Position numbers and translations under genes: made by a program
Part shown: positions 48,774-58,326 of the stretch, one piece after another
Layout: every line of letters starts with the position of its first letter
Position numbering within the stretch: the stretch's first letter is position 1
NCBI GenBank assembly: GCA_036523395.1
Contig: DATDEH010000083.1
Coordinates: 53,686-117,685, forward strand
Source of the DNA: Candidatus Limnocylindria bacterium
GTDB taxonomy: Bacteria > Chloroflexota > Limnocylindria > P2-11E
Length of the DNA stretch: 64,000 bases
Direction of reading: 5' to 3'
The notes under the pieces: model-generated
What the model was told of the DNA's origin: nothing
The model's database searches: none
The model's input: the letters and a program-made list of their open reading frames with translations, nothing else

Positions 48774-49729
48774 TGCGGCCTCAGCGCCGCGATCTCGTAC
48801 TCCTCCGCCGTCGCCGCGCGCCGCACCACGTCGAGGGCCGCGCGGACGGCGTTCTGCGCATGCGCCGGATACGGGATCGCATGGCGGAACCGCACCTCGT
48901 CGCCTTCGCGCAGGATGTCGTAGATGGCGCTCGCCTGTGTTCGGTCGACGCCCGCGCGTTCGAGCGCGGCGCGCAGCTCACGGGTCGTGTGGCCGGGATC
49001 GATCCCGAAGCGCTGGACCGCGTAGCGGCGGAGGCTCGCGGTGAGGAGCGCGTAATGCTCGGCCGTCTTCCCCTTCTCCGGCAGGCGCTGCTCCGCGAGC
49101 GCGTCGAGCTCGCGCAGCGCCCGCTGCACCGGCGTGAGGCGCTCCTCCGCCGACAAGGGCGCACGTCGCCGCAAAAGCATCCAGAAAATGAAGCCCGCGA
49201 GCACCGTGAATGCGGCCACCGCGACGATGCCCAGGACGATGCGCGCGAGCTTCGCGGCGAACGCCTCGGGCAGGTCGACCTGCGGCTTCAGCGGCTTCAC
49301 GTCCGAGGTGTCCTCGCCGTCCCTGATCACGGTGGCGATGTGCAAGACAAACGGCGCGGTCACCGCGACGCCCGTGACGCCGTTCGGACCGCTGTACGGG
49401 ATCCCGATCGGCGGCACGGAGAGATCGCCGACGACCCATGCCGTGACGCGATAGCGGAAGGTCCAGCGGGCGATCCCCGCGGGGCGCGACGAGCGGCCGG
49501 ACGGCAGGACCTCGAGCACTTCGAGATCGCCGATGGTGTGCGCGATCGTCGGATCGCCCACCTGATATCCCGCCTCGGCATCCGCGTACACGGTGAGGAA
49601 CGCCGGTTCGCCGACGGTGATCGTCGCGCGATCGAGCGTTGCGGCCGCGTTGACCGGGTCCGCGGCCGCTGCGATTCCCGCCACGGCGAGCGGCAACGAG
49701 AACACGAGCGCGAGGACCAGCCGTTTCAT
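48770..49729 (-). CDS. membrane-anchored protein of the MoxR/VWA (Bat-like) operon
   Basis: Signal peptide MKRLVLALVFSLPLAVAGIAAA, central TM (IVLGIVAVAAFTVLAGFIFWMLL); the track ORF to 50341 is an R-rich overextension. Confidence 0.45.
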   Translation of the reverse strand: MKRLVLALVFSLPLAVAGIAAAADPVNAAATLDRATITVGEPAFLTVYADAEAGYQVGDPTIAHTIGDLEVLEVLPSGRSSRPAGIARWTFRYRVTAWVVGDLSVPPIGIPYSGPNGVTGVAVTAPFVLHIATVIRDGEDTSDVKPLKPQVDLPEAFAAKLARIVLGIVAVAAFTVLAGFIFWMLLRRRAPLSAEERLTPVQRALRELDALAEQRLPEKGKTAEHYALLTASLRRYAVQRFGIDPGHTTRELRAALERAGVDRTQASAIYDILREGDEVRFRHAIPYPAHAQNAVRAALDVVRRAATAEEYEIAALRPQ

Positions 49730-50652
49730 GTGCGCCGCGTCCGCGCGTTGAACAGCGCCATGAGCGCGGGGACGAAGGGACGATCGGTGTACAGATCGAT
49801 GCTGTCGATATTCATCCGCGCCAGAGCCTGCCGGCGTTCGGTTCGCCGGCGCCGTGCCGTGCTCGCGTATTCCTCGCGCAGTCGCCGATCGCTCGTGTCG
49901 ACGTGCGCGATCCTCCCGGTCTCGGCGTCCTCGAGCGCGACGACCCCGACGTTCGGCAGCTCGAGCTCGCGCGGGTCGTTGAGCACCAGCGCGATGACAT
50001 CGTGCTTGCGGCCGAGCATGCGTACCGCGGGATCGTCCACGAGACCGACATCGAGGAAATCTGAGACGAGGAAGACCACGCTGCGCTTCTTCGTGATGTT
50101 GATGAGGAAGCGCGCGGCCTCCGTCATCTCGGTCCGGACGCGGCGCGGTGGCGCGAACAGGAGCTCGCGGATCACCTGCAGCAGATGTTCGCGTCCGCGC
50201 CGCGACGGCATCCACTCCTGGAGTCCTTCCGCGAAGCGGAGGAGTCCGACCCGGTCGTGGCTGCGCATCGCGGTCATCGCGAGCAGCGCCGCGACCTCCG
50301 CCGCGAGGTCGCGCTTGCTCTGATCGACCGAGCCGAACCACGAGGATGCCGAGATGTCGACGGCGAGAAGGATGTTGAGCTCGCGGTCCTCACGGAACTT
50401 CTTGATGTAGGGCGTGCCCATCCGCGCGGTGACATTCCAGTCGATGCTGCGGATGTCGTCGCCCGGCTCGTACTCGCGGACCTCTTCGAACTCGAGCCCC
50501 GATCCGCGGAAGACGCTGCGGTAGGTCCCGAGGAGCGCCTCGTCGGCCAGGATGCGCGCTTTGATCTCGACCTGGCGAATGCGTCGGAGCACGTTCGCTG
50601 GAAGGGCCTGTTCGCCCCGGACGCCGCCGTGAGCGCGTGTCGTCGCGATCAC
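49726..50652 (-). CDS. DUF58-domain protein (MoxR-associated)
   Basis: Conserved EFEEVREYEPGDDIRSIDWNVTAR and LLAVDISASS motifs typical of DUF58 partners of MoxR ATPases. Confidence 0.8.
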   Translation of the reverse strand: MIATTRAHGGVRGEQALPANVLRRIRQVEIKARILADEALLGTYRSVFRGSGLEFEEVREYEPGDDIRSIDWNVTARMGTPYIKKFREDRELNILLAVDISASSWFGSVDQSKRDLAAEVAALLAMTAMRSHDRVGLLRFAEGLQEWMPSRRGREHLLQVIRELLFAPPRRVRTEMTEAARFLINITKKRSVVFLVSDFLDVGLVDDPAVRMLGRKHDVIALVLNDPRELELPNVGVVALEDAETGRIAHVDTSDRRLREEYASTARRRRTERRQALARMNIDSIDLYTDRPFVPALMALFNARTRRT

Positions 50653-50654
50653 GA

Positions 50655-51647
50655 TCAGGGGAGCGGGACCTTGTCCAGCACCTTCGCGATAACGGACTCG
50701 GGCGTGACCTCCTCGGCCTCCGCTTGGTACGTGACGATGAGACGGTGGCGCATCACGTCGGGCGCGACGGCCTTGATGTCATCGGGCAGCACGTAATCGC
50801 GTCCCTCGAGGAACGCGTTGGCGCGGGCCGCGAGCGAGATGAAGATCGAGGCGCGTGGTGAGACGCCGTACGCGATCATCGGCCCGAGGTCGCTCAGGCC
50901 GAACTGCTCGGGCTCTCTCGTCGCGAACACGATGCGAACGACGTAGTCCTTGAGGGAGTCCTCCATGTGGACCTGCTTTACCGCCGCGCGTGCGTCGAGG
51001 ACGGCCTTCGGCGTGGCAACACGCCGGACCTGCGGCGCCGCGCCGATCGTCTGGCGATCCATGATCTCGCGTTCTTCCTGCTGCGTCGGATACCCGATGA
51101 CGACCTTCATCATGAATCGGTCGACCTGCGCCTCCGGCAGGCGATACGTTCCTTCGTGTTCGATCGGGTTCTGCGTCGCAAGCACCATGAACAGCTCACC
51201 GAGCGGATGCGTCGTCCCGCCGATGCTCACCTGCTTCTCCTGCATCGCCTCGAGCAGCGCGCTCTGCACCTTGGGCGGCGCGCGGTTGACCTCGTCGGCG
51301 AGAAGGATGTCGGTGAAGATCGGGCCGAGGCGCGGCCGGAATGTCTGGTCGGCCGGGTTGTAGATCATCGTTCCGTTGAGGTCAGCCGGCAGAAGATCCG
51401 GCGTGAACTGGACCCGCTTGAAGCTCGCTTCGATCGTGTCCGACAGCGTCTTCACGGCGAGCGTCTTCGCGAGTCCGGGAACGCCCTCGATGAGGAGGTG
51501 CCCGTTACAGAGAAGACCGAGCAGCAGGCGATTCACCAGGTAGTCCTGCCCGACGATCACCTTGCGGATCTCGTGCAGGACAGGGGCGATGAAGTCCCCC
51601 CGCCGCAGGACCGCGTCGTTCGACGTGGGCGGCCGGTACGTCTTCAT
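50655..51647 (-). CDS. MoxR-family AAA+ ATPase
   Basis: Walker A GVPGLAKT, Walker B ILLADEVNRAPPKVQSALLEAMQE, MoxR-type length about 330 aa. Confidence 0.9.
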   Translation of the reverse strand: MKTYRPPTSNDAVLRRGDFIAPVLHEIRKVIVGQDYLVNRLLLGLLCNGHLLIEGVPGLAKTLAVKTLSDTIEASFKRVQFTPDLLPADLNGTMIYNPADQTFRPRLGPIFTDILLADEVNRAPPKVQSALLEAMQEKQVSIGGTTHPLGELFMVLATQNPIEHEGTYRLPEAQVDRFMMKVVIGYPTQQEEREIMDRQTIGAAPQVRRVATPKAVLDARAAVKQVHMEDSLKDYVVRIVFATREPEQFGLSDLGPMIAYGVSPRASIFISLAARANAFLEGRDYVLPDDIKAVAPDVMRHRLIVTYQAEAEEVTPESVIAKVLDKVPLP

Positions 51648-51708
51648 CGTCCCACAGCGTACCGGCTGGAAGTGGCTTCGGTTCGCTTCGCGCCAAAAGG
51701 CGCGCCGG

Positions 51709-52161
51709 TCAGCGCTTCAGCTCTTGGAGCACTTCCTGGGCGTGGCCATCCGGCTTCACCCCGTACCACGCTTTCTTCACCTTCCCGCGCTCGTCCACCA
51801 GGAACGTGGAGCGGATCACGCCCTCGCCGCGGCCCGGCCGGTCGCCCCATGCGCCGTACGCATCGTGGGCCTTACGGTCCGGATCGCTGAGCAGCGGGAA
51901 CTTGAGCTTGAACTTCTCCTGGAACGCGCGGTGCGACGCGGCGTCGTCGCGCGAGACGCCGAGCACGGGGATACCCAGCGACTGGAACGCGGTGAGGTTG
52001 TCGTTGAACTGGCAGGCCTCGACCGTGCACCCGGGTGTGTCGTCCTTTGGGTAGAAGTACACGACGTACTTCTTCCCGCGCATCGCGTCGGTCGAGACAA
52101 GCTTGCCGTTCTCGTCGGTCAACGCGAACGTCGGAGCGGCGTCGCCGGAACTCAGCTCCAT
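51709..52161 (-). CDS. bcp: thiol peroxidase Bcp (peroxiredoxin)
   Basis: YFYPKDDTPGCT peroxidatic Cys motif and resolving Cys region. Confidence 0.85.
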   Translation of the reverse strand: MELSSGDAAPTFALTDENGKLVSTDAMRGKKYVVYFYPKDDTPGCTVEACQFNDNLTAFQSLGIPVLGVSRDDAASHRAFQEKFKLKFPLLSDPDRKAHDAYGAWGDRPGRGEGVIRSTFLVDERGKVKKAWYGVKPDGHAQEVLQELKR

Positions 52162-52194
52162 GGGTCTTCTCCCTCTCGGTGGCTTGTTCTGAGT

Positions 52195-54105
52195 CTATGA
52201 GGCGGCCGCGATCCGCGATGCGGTCCGGCGTGCGAGCGCCATGACCGTGAGCATCGGGTTCACGCCTGACGCGCTCGGGAACGCGCTCGCATCGGTGACG
52301 TAGAGACCCCGCACGTCGTGGACCTGGCCGTCGGGATCGGCGACCGACGTCGCCGGATCCAGGCCGATACGACAGCTCGACATCTGATGCGCCGAGAAGA
52401 GCGCCACGCGGTTCGTCACGACGCCGCGGCGCTCGATCTCCGCGACGAACGGCTCGATCGGTCCGCCGGCGTGCTCGAGCGGCGGCGTGTGCAGCGTGAA
52501 CACGCGGCGAGCGCCGGCGGCGGCGTGGATGCGCGCGCACTCGCTCATCCCGCGGGTCAGACGGCGGCGGTCATGAAGGGCACACGAGTAGTCGACGATC
52601 GGCTCGCCTTCGCGATCCACACGCACCCGACCCTCCGTCTCATCACGCACGATCGCGATGAACGGCGCGATGTGCCGCGCGCCCGCCGCGCGGGAGCGGT
52701 GCGCCTCGCTCCCCCACCACGGGAACGACGCCGCGAGGATGCCCGGATACCCCTGCGGGATCTCGATGCGGAACCCGAAGCCGTTGTCCACATCGGCGAA
52801 CTCGTCCCCGAGCACCGACTGCGGCACCCCCGACCACACGCCGCCGAGGTCCTCGTCATACGCCCCCGATGTGACGGAGACGGGATGCACGTGCAGGTGC
52901 CGGCCCGCCTGCGCCGTCGCGATGCCGGATCGAAGGAGCAGCGCGGGCGAGAGGAGCGCGCCTCCGGCAAGCGCGACGACCGGCGCGCGCACTCGCAGCT
53001 CGCCTCCGTCGACGCGCGCGACGACGCCGGTCACGCCGCCACCCTGCGTCTCGATGCGCCGCGCCTCGGTGACCTGCAGGATCTCCGCGCCGCGCGCGCA
53101 CGCGTCTGCGAGATACGTGCGCATGGTCGAACGCTTTGCGGCGCGGCGGCAGCCCAGCGTGCACGGTCCGCACGCGGCCACGTCCATCCCCTCGGTAGTG
53201 CAGCCACTGACGTTGCGCGCGATCGTGGCAGTCGACAGCCCCAGCGCGCGCAGGCCTCGCTCGAGGACGGCGTTGGGTCCATTCCGCGCGCTCTCGTCGG
53301 TGTTCACGTGGATCCGCGCGGAGACCGCGTCGTAATGCTCGTCGAGGTCATCGATGCCCGCCCGGTGCCAGTCCTCGCGCACGCGCGCGGGGATCCGAAG
53401 CGAGGTGTTCCAGTTCACGATCGTGCCGCCACCGACAGCGGAGCCGGCGAGCAATGCGATGCCGCGGTCGCTCGTCGCGGCGATACCGCGGTCGACGAAG
53501 AGCGACGCATACCCGGCGAGCTCTCGTCCGTCGAAGTCGCTCTCGATGCGCAGCGCCGCGCGCTCGAGGACGACGACGCGTTTTCCCGCGGCCGCGAGCT
53601 CCGCGGCGACCACGCTGCCGCCCGCACCCGATCCGATGACACACACGTCCGCGACGACCGTCTCGCCCGGGACTCCGCGCCGCGCGATCAATCTGGCTGG
53701 TTCGGCGGGGCGGTCGAGCGGCGGACGCGTGTAGCCCGTGAGCGCCGCGTACGGCGAGCCGTCCTGGCCATACGTATAGAGAAGGACGAGCCGCTTCATC
53801 ACCTGGAACGCGCGACGCTTCAGTGGCAGGGGGCTGGCGGCCCAGCGCTTCAGGTACTCCTCGCGCTCGGCCTGCGCGAGCGTCGTGAAACGGATGGCGC
53901 GGCCGGTAAGAGCGAAGTTGAGGATGGGCGACTCGATCGTGTCGAGGAGCTGATCGAGCTCGGCGACGAGCGCGGGACGGCCAAGCGCCGTGACCTCGGA
54001 ACGGAGCACGCGATCGACGCCGAGCCCGCTCGCGCTGGGGAGGTCGCCCACAGCCGGAACGAAGGCGTCGCATAGGGCCTCGAGCGTGCGATCGCGATCC
54101 GACAT
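52195..54105 (-). CDS. GMC-family FAD-dependent oxidoreductase with N-terminal extension
   Basis: FAD-binding DVCVIGSGAGGSVVAAELA and GMC C-terminal signature region (HQMSSCRIGLDP...GLYVTDASAFPSASGVNP). Confidence 0.8.
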   Translation of the reverse strand: MSDRDRTLEALCDAFVPAVGDLPSASGLGVDRVLRSEVTALGRPALVAELDQLLDTIESPILNFALTGRAIRFTTLAQAEREEYLKRWAASPLPLKRRAFQVMKRLVLLYTYGQDGSPYAALTGYTRPPLDRPAEPARLIARRGVPGETVVADVCVIGSGAGGSVVAAELAAAGKRVVVLERAALRIESDFDGRELAGYASLFVDRGIAATSDRGIALLAGSAVGGGTIVNWNTSLRIPARVREDWHRAGIDDLDEHYDAVSARIHVNTDESARNGPNAVLERGLRALGLSTATIARNVSGCTTEGMDVAACGPCTLGCRRAAKRSTMRTYLADACARGAEILQVTEARRIETQGGGVTGVVARVDGGELRVRAPVVALAGGALLSPALLLRSGIATAQAGRHLHVHPVSVTSGAYDEDLGGVWSGVPQSVLGDEFADVDNGFGFRIEIPQGYPGILAASFPWWGSEAHRSRAAGARHIAPFIAIVRDETEGRVRVDREGEPIVDYSCALHDRRRLTRGMSECARIHAAAGARRVFTLHTPPLEHAGGPIEPFVAEIERRGVVTNRVALFSAHQMSSCRIGLDPATSVADPDGQVHDVRGLYVTDASAFPSASGVNPMLTVMALARRTASRIAAAS

Positions 54106-54116
54106 CGCGACGGAGG

Positions 54117-54776
54117 CTAGTGCTTCGGCAGCTCCGCGTGCCGGCCGATGACCGGAAGCGACTCCCCGACCGCAAGGAGCACCGGCACGATGCGGCTCTG
54201 CAGCAGCTCGGGCCGCACGGTCTGCTCGTAGAACGCGAGCGTCGCGTCGAATTTCGCGAGCTGGTCAGCGGCGACGGGCGAGCTGGATGCGGCGGTCGCC
54301 ATGGCCTTCAGCACCGCAGGGTCCGCGAACATCCCGAGCGCGGGATTCGCGGCGGCGAGCGCCTGCACCGCGGAGACGTCCTGGATCTCGATCGTCGCCT
54401 TCCCGTGCAGCGGGGATAGCCATCCATCTACGGCGAGCACGCCGAGGACCGCGACGTACACGCCGACCGAGGCCGTCACCGCACCGAGCGGGATGCCCAC
54501 GGCCTGATCGAGCCGGCGCAGTGCCGGCACCTTGTACACAAGTCCGATGAGCACGCCACCAACGCGACCCAGGAGCATGCCGCCGATGAAGAGCGCGACC
54601 GCGCCGAGCCCAAGGCCGGCCGTCCCGGTGGGCACGATGCCGTTGAGGGGGCCGGCGTACAGCGAGGCGATCGAGAACAGCGCGCCGCCGAGCGCGATGA
54701 GCGGAAGGACGAAGCCCTTCCGCCAGCCCGCGATCGCGCCGAGGGCGATCGCTCCGATGATCACGAGGTCCGCCAT
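54117..54776 (-). CDS. CvpA-family membrane protein
   Basis: Four N-terminal TM helices starting MADLVIIGAIALGAIAGWRKGFV; CvpA-like arrangement. Confidence 0.5.
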   Translation of the reverse strand: MADLVIIGAIALGAIAGWRKGFVLPLIALGGALFSIASLYAGPLNGIVPTGTAGLGLGAVALFIGGMLLGRVGGVLIGLVYKVPALRRLDQAVGIPLGAVTASVGVYVAVLGVLAVDGWLSPLHGKATIEIQDVSAVQALAAANPALGMFADPAVLKAMATAASSSPVAADQLAKFDATLAFYEQTVRPELLQSRIVPVLLAVGESLPVIGRHAELPKH

Positions 54777-54862
54777 GGCCCGGGAGTCTACTGATGGAGC
54801 AGCGACAGCTGCTCCAGAAAGCCGGAACCGAAGGTGTAGGTCACGTGTCAGGATTCGCGCGA

Positions 54863-55861
54863 ATGTCTCGGATCGGGATCGCGCTCGGGACCGTGCATGA
54901 CCGTCCGTTCACGGAGGTCGCGGCCTTCGCGCGCACGGCCGAGGAATGCGGCTACGAGGCCATCTTCGTGCCCGAAGCGTGGGGCCGCGACGCCTTCGTA
55001 ACGCTCGGCGCGCTCGCCCGTGTAACGGAACGCATCGCTTTGGGCACCGGCATCGTGAACGTCTACAGCCGCACTCCGGCGCTTCTCGCGATGGCCGCGG
55101 TCACGCTCGACGAGATCTCCGGTGGCCGCGCGATCCTCGGCCTGGGAACGTCGGGGCAACGCGTCGTCGAAGGGTGGCACGGCGTTCCGATGGCGCGACC
55201 GCTGCGACGCCTGCGCGAGGTGACGGAAGCGGTGCGCGCGATCGTGAGCGGATCGCGTCGCGGTTATGCCGGCGAGACGCTGAGCGTCGCGCCCGGCTTC
55301 GGCGTCACGCTCGCGCGGGTGAGGGACCGCATCCCGATCTTTCATGCGAGCCTCACGCCGCGCGGCGTGCAGCAGTGCGCGGAGGTCGCTGATGGCTGGC
55401 TCCCGTACTTCGCGAGCCCAGACACCCTGCGCGCCGATCTCGCGACGATCGAGGACGTGCTTCGCGCCGCGGGCCGCCAGCGCTCCTCGTTCACCGTTGC
55501 GCCGTTCCTTCCGGTCCTCGTGAGCGATGACGACGCGGCTCCACGCGCGGTGCTCCGGCGTCATCTCGCCTTCTACATCGGGGGGATGGGGCGTTTCTAT
55601 CGTGAGACCGTCGCGCGTCACGGGTTCGGGGACGCGGCCGAGGAGATCCGGCGCCTATGGGATGCGCGTGAGCGCGATGCCGCGGCCGCGGCCGTGACGG
55701 ATGACCTGCTCGACGCGTTCGCGATCGTCGGCGACGCGGCGCACTGTCGTGCGCGACTCGACGACTATCGCGCGGCCGGCGCGGACCTCCCGATCGTGGC
55801 GCTTCCGGGAGACGTTCCGCTCGCGGACGTCGAGCGCACCGTCCGCGCGCTCCGGATGTAG
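54863..55861 (+). CDS. luciferase-like monooxygenase family (likely F420-dependent) oxidoreductase
   Basis: TIM-barrel LLM signatures (FARTAEECGYEAIFVPE ... LGLGTSGQRVVEGWHG); start could be 54794. Confidence 0.75.
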   Translation: MSRIGIALGTVHDRPFTEVAAFARTAEECGYEAIFVPEAWGRDAFVTLGALARVTERIALGTGIVNVYSRTPALLAMAAVTLDEISGGRAILGLGTSGQRVVEGWHGVPMARPLRRLREVTEAVRAIVSGSRRGYAGETLSVAPGFGVTLARVRDRIPIFHASLTPRGVQQCAEVADGWLPYFASPDTLRADLATIEDVLRAAGRQRSSFTVAPFLPVLVSDDDAAPRAVLRRHLAFYIGGMGRFYRETVARHGFGDAAEEIRRLWDARERDAAAAAVTDDLLDAFAIVGDAAHCRARLDDYRAAGADLPIVALPGDVPLADVERTVRALRM

Positions 55862-55865
55862 ACGG

Positions 55866-56270
55866 CTAGCGCCAGGCAGCGACGATGGCGGCCATGATCA
55901 TCTGACCGAGCAGCCCATGCGCCGCATCGATCGCGAAGAGACTCCACGGTCGTTTCGTGATGACCGTGTTCGCGGCGAAGGCCGCGCCGAAGAATCCAAC
56001 GCCCACGAGCGCTCCGAGCACGAGTCCGTCGGCGAGCGTTGACGCGCCGAGCGACCGCGCGAGGACGGCCAGCGTCCAGGCATTGACGAACGCGGCGAGG
56101 ATCGAGATCACGAACTCAGGGCCGGGCCGCATCGGCTCGTTGGGCCTGCCGATCAGCGCCATCCAACGCGCGCCGAACACCTGTGGCAGGAAGAACACGA
56201 AGCCGAACACCATCACGGCGATCGTCGCGACCACGACAGCGATGTAGTTGACGCCGAGATCAAGAGACAC
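55866..56270 (-). CDS. small four-helix integral membrane protein
   Basis: 134 aa, four hydrophobic segments. Confidence 0.5.
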   Translation of the reverse strand: MSLDLGVNYIAVVVATIAVMVFGFVFFLPQVFGARWMALIGRPNEPMRPGPEFVISILAAFVNAWTLAVLARSLGASTLADGLVLGALVGVGFFGAAFAANTVITKRPWSLFAIDAAHGLLGQMIMAAIVAAWR

Positions 56271-56327
56271 AGTTCCCTCCCGTGTCGCACCGTGCGACGG
56301 CGGGATGCTATTCCTTGGGCGGCGACG

Positions 56328-57140
56328 CTATGGGCGGGTCAGCGCCTTCTTCGACAGGGTCTCGTCGAGGAGCGCCGCGACGCGCTGGCGCGCGAGCTGC
56401 TCGGCCTCTTCCCACCACTGGACGAGGCGCTGCTCCTGCTCGCGCTGGCGCTCGCCGAGCTGGAACTCGAATTCCTTGAGCTGCCGCATGAGGCGTTCAC
56501 TGAAACGCTGCTCCTCACCGAGAAGCTCGCTCTCGATCCGCTGGCTCTCCGACCTGCGCCACGCCTCGAGCCGCTCGGCCTCTTCGCGACGCCGACCTTC
56601 GAACTCGGCGTGAAGCCGATCTTCGGCCGCCTCGTAGCGGCGCCGGGTCTCGACGAGCTCCACCGTGAGCGCGCCGTTGAGACGCTCGGCGAGGTTTCGC
56701 GGCTGCTCGGCGGACCAGATCCTGTCTGATTCCTCGCGCCTGCGCGCGATCGCTTCCCGTTCGAGGCGCTCCGCTTCAGCGATGCGCCGCTCGGCCTCGG
56801 CGCGTTGAAGCTCCATCGACTGCATGAGCTCGGCGCGCCGTGTGCGGAGCTCCGCCTCAAGCCGCTCCAGGCCTTCGGCGCGGCGTCGAGCAAGCTCGGA
56901 CGCGAGGGCTCCAGCTGTCGCATCGATCACTTCGGTCGGCGTCTCTTCAATGACCGAGTGCGGCATCGGCTCGGGATCGAGGGCGTCGGCTGTCGCATCG
57001 CGGGTCGCCTGCTCCGCCGCGGTCGTGACGCCGCCGTGCTCGTTCCACACGAGCTCACCACGTGCGGCCGCATCTGGACGTCGGCTGATCAGTGAGGTGT
57101 GCCGCGTTGCGCCATCGTCCGGCTTCTCGATCATCCCCAA
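56328..57140 (-). CDS. coiled-coil protein (Glu/Arg-rich), unknown function
   Basis: Extended heptad-like ERLEAELRTRRAELMQ...EAERLEREAIARRREE repeats. Confidence 0.45.
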   Translation of the reverse strand: MGMIEKPDDGATRHTSLISRRPDAAARGELVWNEHGGVTTAAEQATRDATADALDPEPMPHSVIEETPTEVIDATAGALASELARRRAEGLERLEAELRTRRAELMQSMELQRAEAERRIAEAERLEREAIARRREESDRIWSAEQPRNLAERLNGALTVELVETRRRYEAAEDRLHAEFEGRRREEAERLEAWRRSESQRIESELLGEEQRFSERLMRQLKEFEFQLGERQREQEQRLVQWWEEAEQLARQRVAALLDETLSKKALTRP

Positions 57141-57247
57141 ACCCCCGCTAGTTCGTCAGGTTAGGTGTATCGCCCCGCTGTCATAGCGCGCATCACCTGA
57201 GAGGGGGTAGCAGCCGCGTTGCGGACGTACGGGCGGCGCGGGCCGGG

Positions 57248-57748
57248 CTACTCGGCTGGGTGCTCTTCGCCCTCTTCGCTGTGCCCGTTTTCCTGCGTCG
57301 ACCGGCCGCTTGGCACGAGCTCGCGACCGTTAGCGAAGCCCTTGCCCTTCTTATTGCGCTCGCGGCGATCCGTCGACGCGACCGTCACCATCGCGCGCGC
57401 ACCGCCGGTCATGCGCGAGTTGCCCTCGAACACGGCGCCCTTGTCCATGACCAGGGACGGAGCGTAGATATCCGCTTGGACGCGCGCGGTCGCGCGGAGC
57501 ACGATCGAATCGCTGGCATTGACGTTCCCGTTGATGTCGCCCTTGATCTCGACCGAGCCGCAGTTGATGGTCGCCGAGACCTTGGCCCCTTCGCCGATGA
57601 TCAGGAGGTCGGTCGTCGTGATCTCGCCGGTGAACGTTCCGTCGATACGGACCTGACCCTCGAAGTGGAGCTTGCCCTCGAAGACCGAGCCGGCGCCGAG
57701 CAGCGCGTTCAGCGCCGCGGTCGAGCTTGACTGCCCAAGATCACGCAT
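57248..57748 (-). CDS. bactofilin-family cytoskeletal protein
   Basis: Beta-helical bactofilin repeats GSVFEGKLHFEGQVRIDGTFTGEITTTDLLIIGEGAKVSATINCGSVEIKGDINGNVNA with a disordered acidic C-terminus. Confidence 0.8.
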   Translation of the reverse strand: MRDLGQSSSTAALNALLGAGSVFEGKLHFEGQVRIDGTFTGEITTTDLLIIGEGAKVSATINCGSVEIKGDINGNVNASDSIVLRATARVQADIYAPSLVMDKGAVFEGNSRMTGGARAMVTVASTDRRERNKKGKGFANGRELVPSGRSTQENGHSEEGEEHPAE

Positions 57749-57805
57749 GGGTACCTCCTGTCGCGCTACAAAGAACGCTCGGAGGCCACCGGATGCTACG
57801 GGCGG

Positions 57806-58294
57806 CTACGGCTCCTGGCGGGGCGGGCGGCCGCCACGCAGCAGGCCGGCGTAGATCCCCGGGGTCGAACCCGCGATAGCCACCGCTCCGACCGCGTTCG
57901 CGTAGAACTCAGCGGGGCCGACCCCACCGATGATCGCGTAGGCGTACCCCTGGGCGGCCATGGCGTGGAGCGTCATGAGGAGGAGCGCCGTCCCGATCCC
58001 CTGCTTCCGCTCCGATTCGAGCACGCCGGTCGGGCCAAAGAACGCCTTCGCGGTGGCGTCGTAGCACGCGAATCCGAGGATCTCCTGCCCGCGCTGGGCG
58101 CGGAAACAGGAGATGGGAAGGCGCGCGAAGCTGACCTCGCATTCGCTCGCCCACCCCTCACCGAACTGCTGGCGCACCCACGACACGACCACGTCCTTCT
58201 CAGGCGCGATGGCGCGGCGGACGTCGACCCCGGCCTGATGGAGCGTGGCGACGCGAGCTGACGCCTCGGGGATGTCGTAGAGGCGGACGAGCAT
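57806..58294 (-). CDS. GNAT-family N-acetyltransferase
   Basis: Acetyl-CoA-binding motif QGIGTALL in an about 160-aa protein; the upstream 84 codons of the track ORF are R/A-rich and probably non-coding. Confidence 0.6.
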   Translation of the reverse strand: MLVRLYDIPEASARVATLHQAGVDVRRAIAPEKDVVVSWVRQQFGEGWASECEVSFARLPISCFRAQRGQEILGFACYDATAKAFFGPTGVLESERKQGIGTALLLMTLHAMAAQGYAYAIIGGVGPAEFYANAVGAVAIAGSTPGIYAGLLRGGRPPRQEP

Positions 58295-58326
58295 GTCCTG
58301 CACGGCCGGCGGACTATAGCCCCGCT

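Noticed and set aside
48770-50341. 523-aa ORF spanning the DUF58 gene
   Set aside because: First 204 codons are Arg/Gly-rich and antisense or off-frame relative to the DUF58 gene; a real signal peptide begins at Met 49729
52318-54075. 585-aa plus ORF opposite the GMC oxidoreductase
   Set aside because: Antisense artefact; the minus frame has the FAD-binding GxGxxG and GMC signatures
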